Source: Minisyncoccota bacterium (GTDB taxonomy: Bacteria > Patescibacteriota > Minisyncoccia > UBA6257 > 2-01-FULL-56-20). From it: a DNA stretch of 27,133 bases. The first letter of the stretch is position 1. Each line of letters opens with the position of its first letter. The translations under genes and the position numbers were made by a program. Of the stretch, positions 24,719 to 27,133 are shown piece after piece. The notes under the pieces are model-generated. The model was not told the origin of the DNA. It did not search any database and saw nothing but the letters and a program-made list of their open reading frames with translations. The stretch lies in NCBI GenBank assembly GCA_035506115.1, contig DATJQA010000029.1, positions 1-27,133 on the forward strand, read 5' to 3'.

Positions 24719-25428
24719 GGCGCGGGCGGCGGAGAGACCGGCTGATGGCCGGTCGTAAGCCAGACGATCCTGATATCCGGAATGTCATAACCGAGGCGCA
24801 GGTCGGCCTCCTGGAACAACTGGTCGCCGGCGATGCGCTCGTTCGAAAGCGTCCCGACCGGCAGACCGTACGGCATATCCGGCGTCGCTGTGTAAACGAC
24901 CGTCCCGTCGTTCACCGTGGTTGTTTTCGGAATGAGCGTGAGCTTCGGGTTCGTGCCGCCCTTGAGGAGCGCGTCAGCGCCCTTGTCACCCAAGCGGACG
25001 GCCAGCTGGAAGGACGGATCGAAGACCGTCCGAACGAGCGCGGTGTCGGGAAAGACCTGAACGACCTGACCGATGACGACGGCCGGGCCGGAGGTCGGCG
25101 TGCTGGAATCGGAGGCCGTGATGAGCGCCGCTTGACCGACCTCAACGCCCGCGTCGGCGCCGGCGGAAACGAGCAATTCGTTCTGAAAATTGAAAGGGTA
25201 GCGTGAATAAACGAAAGCCGGTTCGTATTTTTCGACGACGGTCGGGCGCGGCGCCGCCATCGAGCGAACAAGGGCAGCCTGAAGCGAAGCGTTCTCGATG
25301 CCCGCCTGGTCCATCGAAAGACCGCTCCAACCCGTGAGGAGGCGCTGCAGCCGCCAGCCAACGGACGGCGCGAGGACCACGCAGAGGCACGTGGCCAAAA
25401 TTAAGAGAGTGATGAGTAGTCGTTCCAT
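24715..25428 (-). CDS. mreC: Rod shape-determining protein MreC (237 aa)
   Basis: TM, ENASL, beta domain with VIGQVVQV, GTVVYTA...PYGLPVG; start moved to ATG 25428. Confidence 0.85.
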   Translation of the reverse strand: MERLLITLLILATCLCVVLAPSVGWRLQRLLTGWSGLSMDQAGIENASLQAALVRSMAAPRPTVVEKYEPAFVYSRYPFNFQNELLVSAGADAGVEVGQAALITASDSSTPTSGPAVVIGQVVQVFPDTALVRTVFDPSFQLAVRLGDKGADALLKGGTNPKLTLIPKTTTVNDGTVVYTATPDMPYGLPVGTLSNERIAGDQLFQEADLRLGYDIPDIRIVWLTTGHQPVSPPPAP

Positions 25429-25456
25429 GGAACGAAGCTTGAACGCCAGCCCGGCG

Positions 25457-26506
25457 CTAGAGCTCGATCTCCATCGGCCGCAGCGGATTGTCGAGCAGGC
25501 TCCGATGCAGATCGAACTCATCCACGATGTGTCCAAGACCGCGCACGACGCACGTCAGCGGCTCTTGGGCGATACGGGTCTCCACTTGGGTCTCCTTCTG
25601 GATCATCTGGTCGACGCCGCGGAGAAGAGCCCCGCCGCCGCAGAGCGTGAGGCCCTGCTTCAGCATATCACCAACGAGCTCCGGCGGCGTAGCTTCGATG
25701 ACCTCCAGGATGGAATCCACGACAACCCGCAGGGATTTTGCGAGCGCCAGCCGGATGTGGCTGTTCTTTACAAGCACTTCGCGGGGCAAACCGGTCGAAA
25801 GGTCGCGGCCCCGGATAGGCACCTCGAGGCGCTCGTCCAAAGCGATGGCGGAACCGACGGCTATCTTCGCCGCTTCGGCGGTCGGTTCGCCTATCACAAG
25901 CTTGAACTCGTCGCGGACGAACTGGATGACGTCGTTATTGAAGCGGTCGCCGGCCACCTTGAGTGTCCGGGCGACGACCGTGCCGCCCATGGAGATGACG
26001 GCGATGTCGGTCGTGCCGCCACCGATGTCGATGACGAGCGTGCCGGAGGGCTGGTCGATAGGTAAACCGGCGCCGAGGGCGGCCGCCACCGGCTCTTCGA
26101 CGAGATAAACTTTCGCGCAGCCGGCGCTCTTCGCCGCGTCCTCGACGGATTTGCGCTCGACCTCGGTCAGATTGTTCGGAATGGCGAGAATGCCGCGCCG
26201 GAAACTGGCGAAGGGCAGCGAGGCGTTCGTGAGACGTTTCAAAAACTGATAGAGCATCTCGCGGGTCATTTCGAAATCGGAGATGACGCCGTTCACCAAA
26301 GGACGCGTCACGGTGATGTGGGCCGGCGTCCGGCCGAGCATCTTTTTCGCGTCGTCCCCCACCGCGAGGATCTGGTTCGTCTTATTATTGACCGCCGCGA
26401 CGGATGGCTCGTTGATAACGAGCCCCCGATTCTTCAGATAGATGAGGGTGTTGGCCGTGCCCAGGTCAATGCCCACATCGCGGAACAAACGGTCAAAAAG
26501 GGCCAT
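25457..26506 (-). CDS. mreB: Actin-like MreB (349 aa)
   Basis: GIDLGTANT, NEPSVAA, RPLVNGVISDF, EEPVAAALGAG, IDIGGGTTD, GGGALL. Confidence 0.96.
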   Translation of the reverse strand: MALFDRLFRDVGIDLGTANTLIYLKNRGLVINEPSVAAVNNKTNQILAVGDDAKKMLGRTPAHITVTRPLVNGVISDFEMTREMLYQFLKRLTNASLPFASFRRGILAIPNNLTEVERKSVEDAAKSAGCAKVYLVEEPVAAALGAGLPIDQPSGTLVIDIGGGTTDIAVISMGGTVVARTLKVAGDRFNNDVIQFVRDEFKLVIGEPTAEAAKIAVGSAIALDERLEVPIRGRDLSTGLPREVLVKNSHIRLALAKSLRVVVDSILEVIEATPPELVGDMLKQGLTLCGGGALLRGVDQMIQKETQVETRIAQEPLTCVVRGLGHIVDEFDLHRSLLDNPLRPMEIEL

Positions 26507-26533
26507 AAAAATAAGGGTGTTTTGCGCAAACCA

Positions 26534-26563
26534 AGATTAGCACGGGGCGCCGGTCCGATGCAA
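26534..26563 (-). promoter_or_regulatory. Predicted promoter of the mreBCD operon
   Basis: TTGCAT (26563-26558), 18 bp, TGc-TAATCT (26539-26534). Confidence 0.55.
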
Positions 26564-26586
26564 CGCCGAGCGGCTTTTGCCGGCTA

Positions 26587-26626
26587 TGAAAATGGGGTCG
26601 GCGGCACAACGGGCGCCACCGACCCC
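26587..26626 (-). terminator. Intrinsic terminator after 26635..26925
   Basis: GGGGTCGG/CCGACCCC stem (26594-26601, 26619-26626) then ATTTTC on the minus strand. Confidence 0.65.
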
Positions 26627-26634
26627 GACCGACC

Positions 26635-26925
26635 TCAGACGTACACCTGGTACTCCGCGGGATGTCCGCGCAGGCCGGGCTGGCACGTCGGGCAGTAGAA
26701 GATCTCGACCTCCTCCTCCCCGATGCGGACCTTCGTCTTCTGGGTCCGGTCGCCGCAGTCGACGCAGCGCGCGTTCAGAACGTTGTGCTCGTCCGGGCAG
26801 TAGTGCTCAGCTTCGAAGAGCACGATGGTCTCGAAGAGCGCTTCCGCAGCCTCTTCCGGGTCGCGGACCTCTTCCGCCCGTCTGGCGGCCGGGTCTTCGA
26901 CGCGATTCGCTCGGGCACAGAACAT
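26635..26925 (-). CDS. Acidic hypothetical protein with zinc-ribbon motifs (96 aa)
   Basis: CVDC and CPTC; AAGGAGG SD with GGAGG 6 nt before ATG; own terminator. Confidence 0.72.
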   Translation of the reverse strand: MFCARANRVEDPAARRAEEVRDPEEAAEALFETIVLFEAEHYCPDEHNVLNARCVDCGDRTQKTKVRIGEEEVEIFYCPTCQPGLRGHPAEYQVYV

Positions 26926-27133
26926 GGCTCCCCTCCTTCGAGGACCGGAAAGGTGCCGGCTGGCCTTACCCTACTCCTCCCGCCGACCGGAAAGCAAGCC
27001 ACGGCGGCGGTAGGTTGTTTCCCGAAAAAGGAGTTATACTATCCTCGAAAGGCCGGCTAAGGCCACAAACACGCAATAATGCGTATTCTTCGAACATGGG
27101 CGTTCGAGTGGTGGGAGATGGGCATCTTGAAGG

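Noticed and set aside
27107-27133. tRNA or tmRNA 3' end on the minus strand (TTCAAGA...CTCCCACCA)
   Set aside because: The bases flanking the TTC loop (CC versus TGCCC) cannot form a T-stem; the rest is outside the window.

Overview
Gene-dense bacterial chromosomal segment, mostly on the minus strand, with no CRISPR array, transposase, integrase or phage module. Gene content and style suggest Patescibacteria/CPR, probably Parcubacteria (inference): GAD-less AspRS, solo VirD4-like ATPase, few Shine-Dalgarno sites on core genes. TGA is used as a stop, so this is not a code-25 lineage. Conserved genes: NUDIX, ndk, aspS, MgtC/SapB, mpg, mgtA, rnpB (RNase P RNA), RNase HI, DHH phosphoesterase, pgk, VirD4-like ATPase, GT-C glycosyltransferase, ddl, rplU, galT, mrdA, mreD, mreC, mreB. 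A >=902-aa secreted C39-like peptidase, missing from the ORF track, runs off the left edge. Small orphan units sit between the core genes, four of them Cys-rich. Most interesting signals: (1) an ArsR-type HTH gene bracketed by two perfect palindromes sharing an identical 28-bp core, one holding the gene's predicted -35 box and the other encoding its last codons and stop; (2) a 133-nt highly paired element directly behind the mgtA stop; (3) a tandem FYVE-spaced Cys-rich microprotein; (4) a three-gene orphan operon containing two diverged paralogues; (5) an apparent split between leaderless-type core genes and SD-led orphan genes. All calls are by eye; no searches or folding programs were run.
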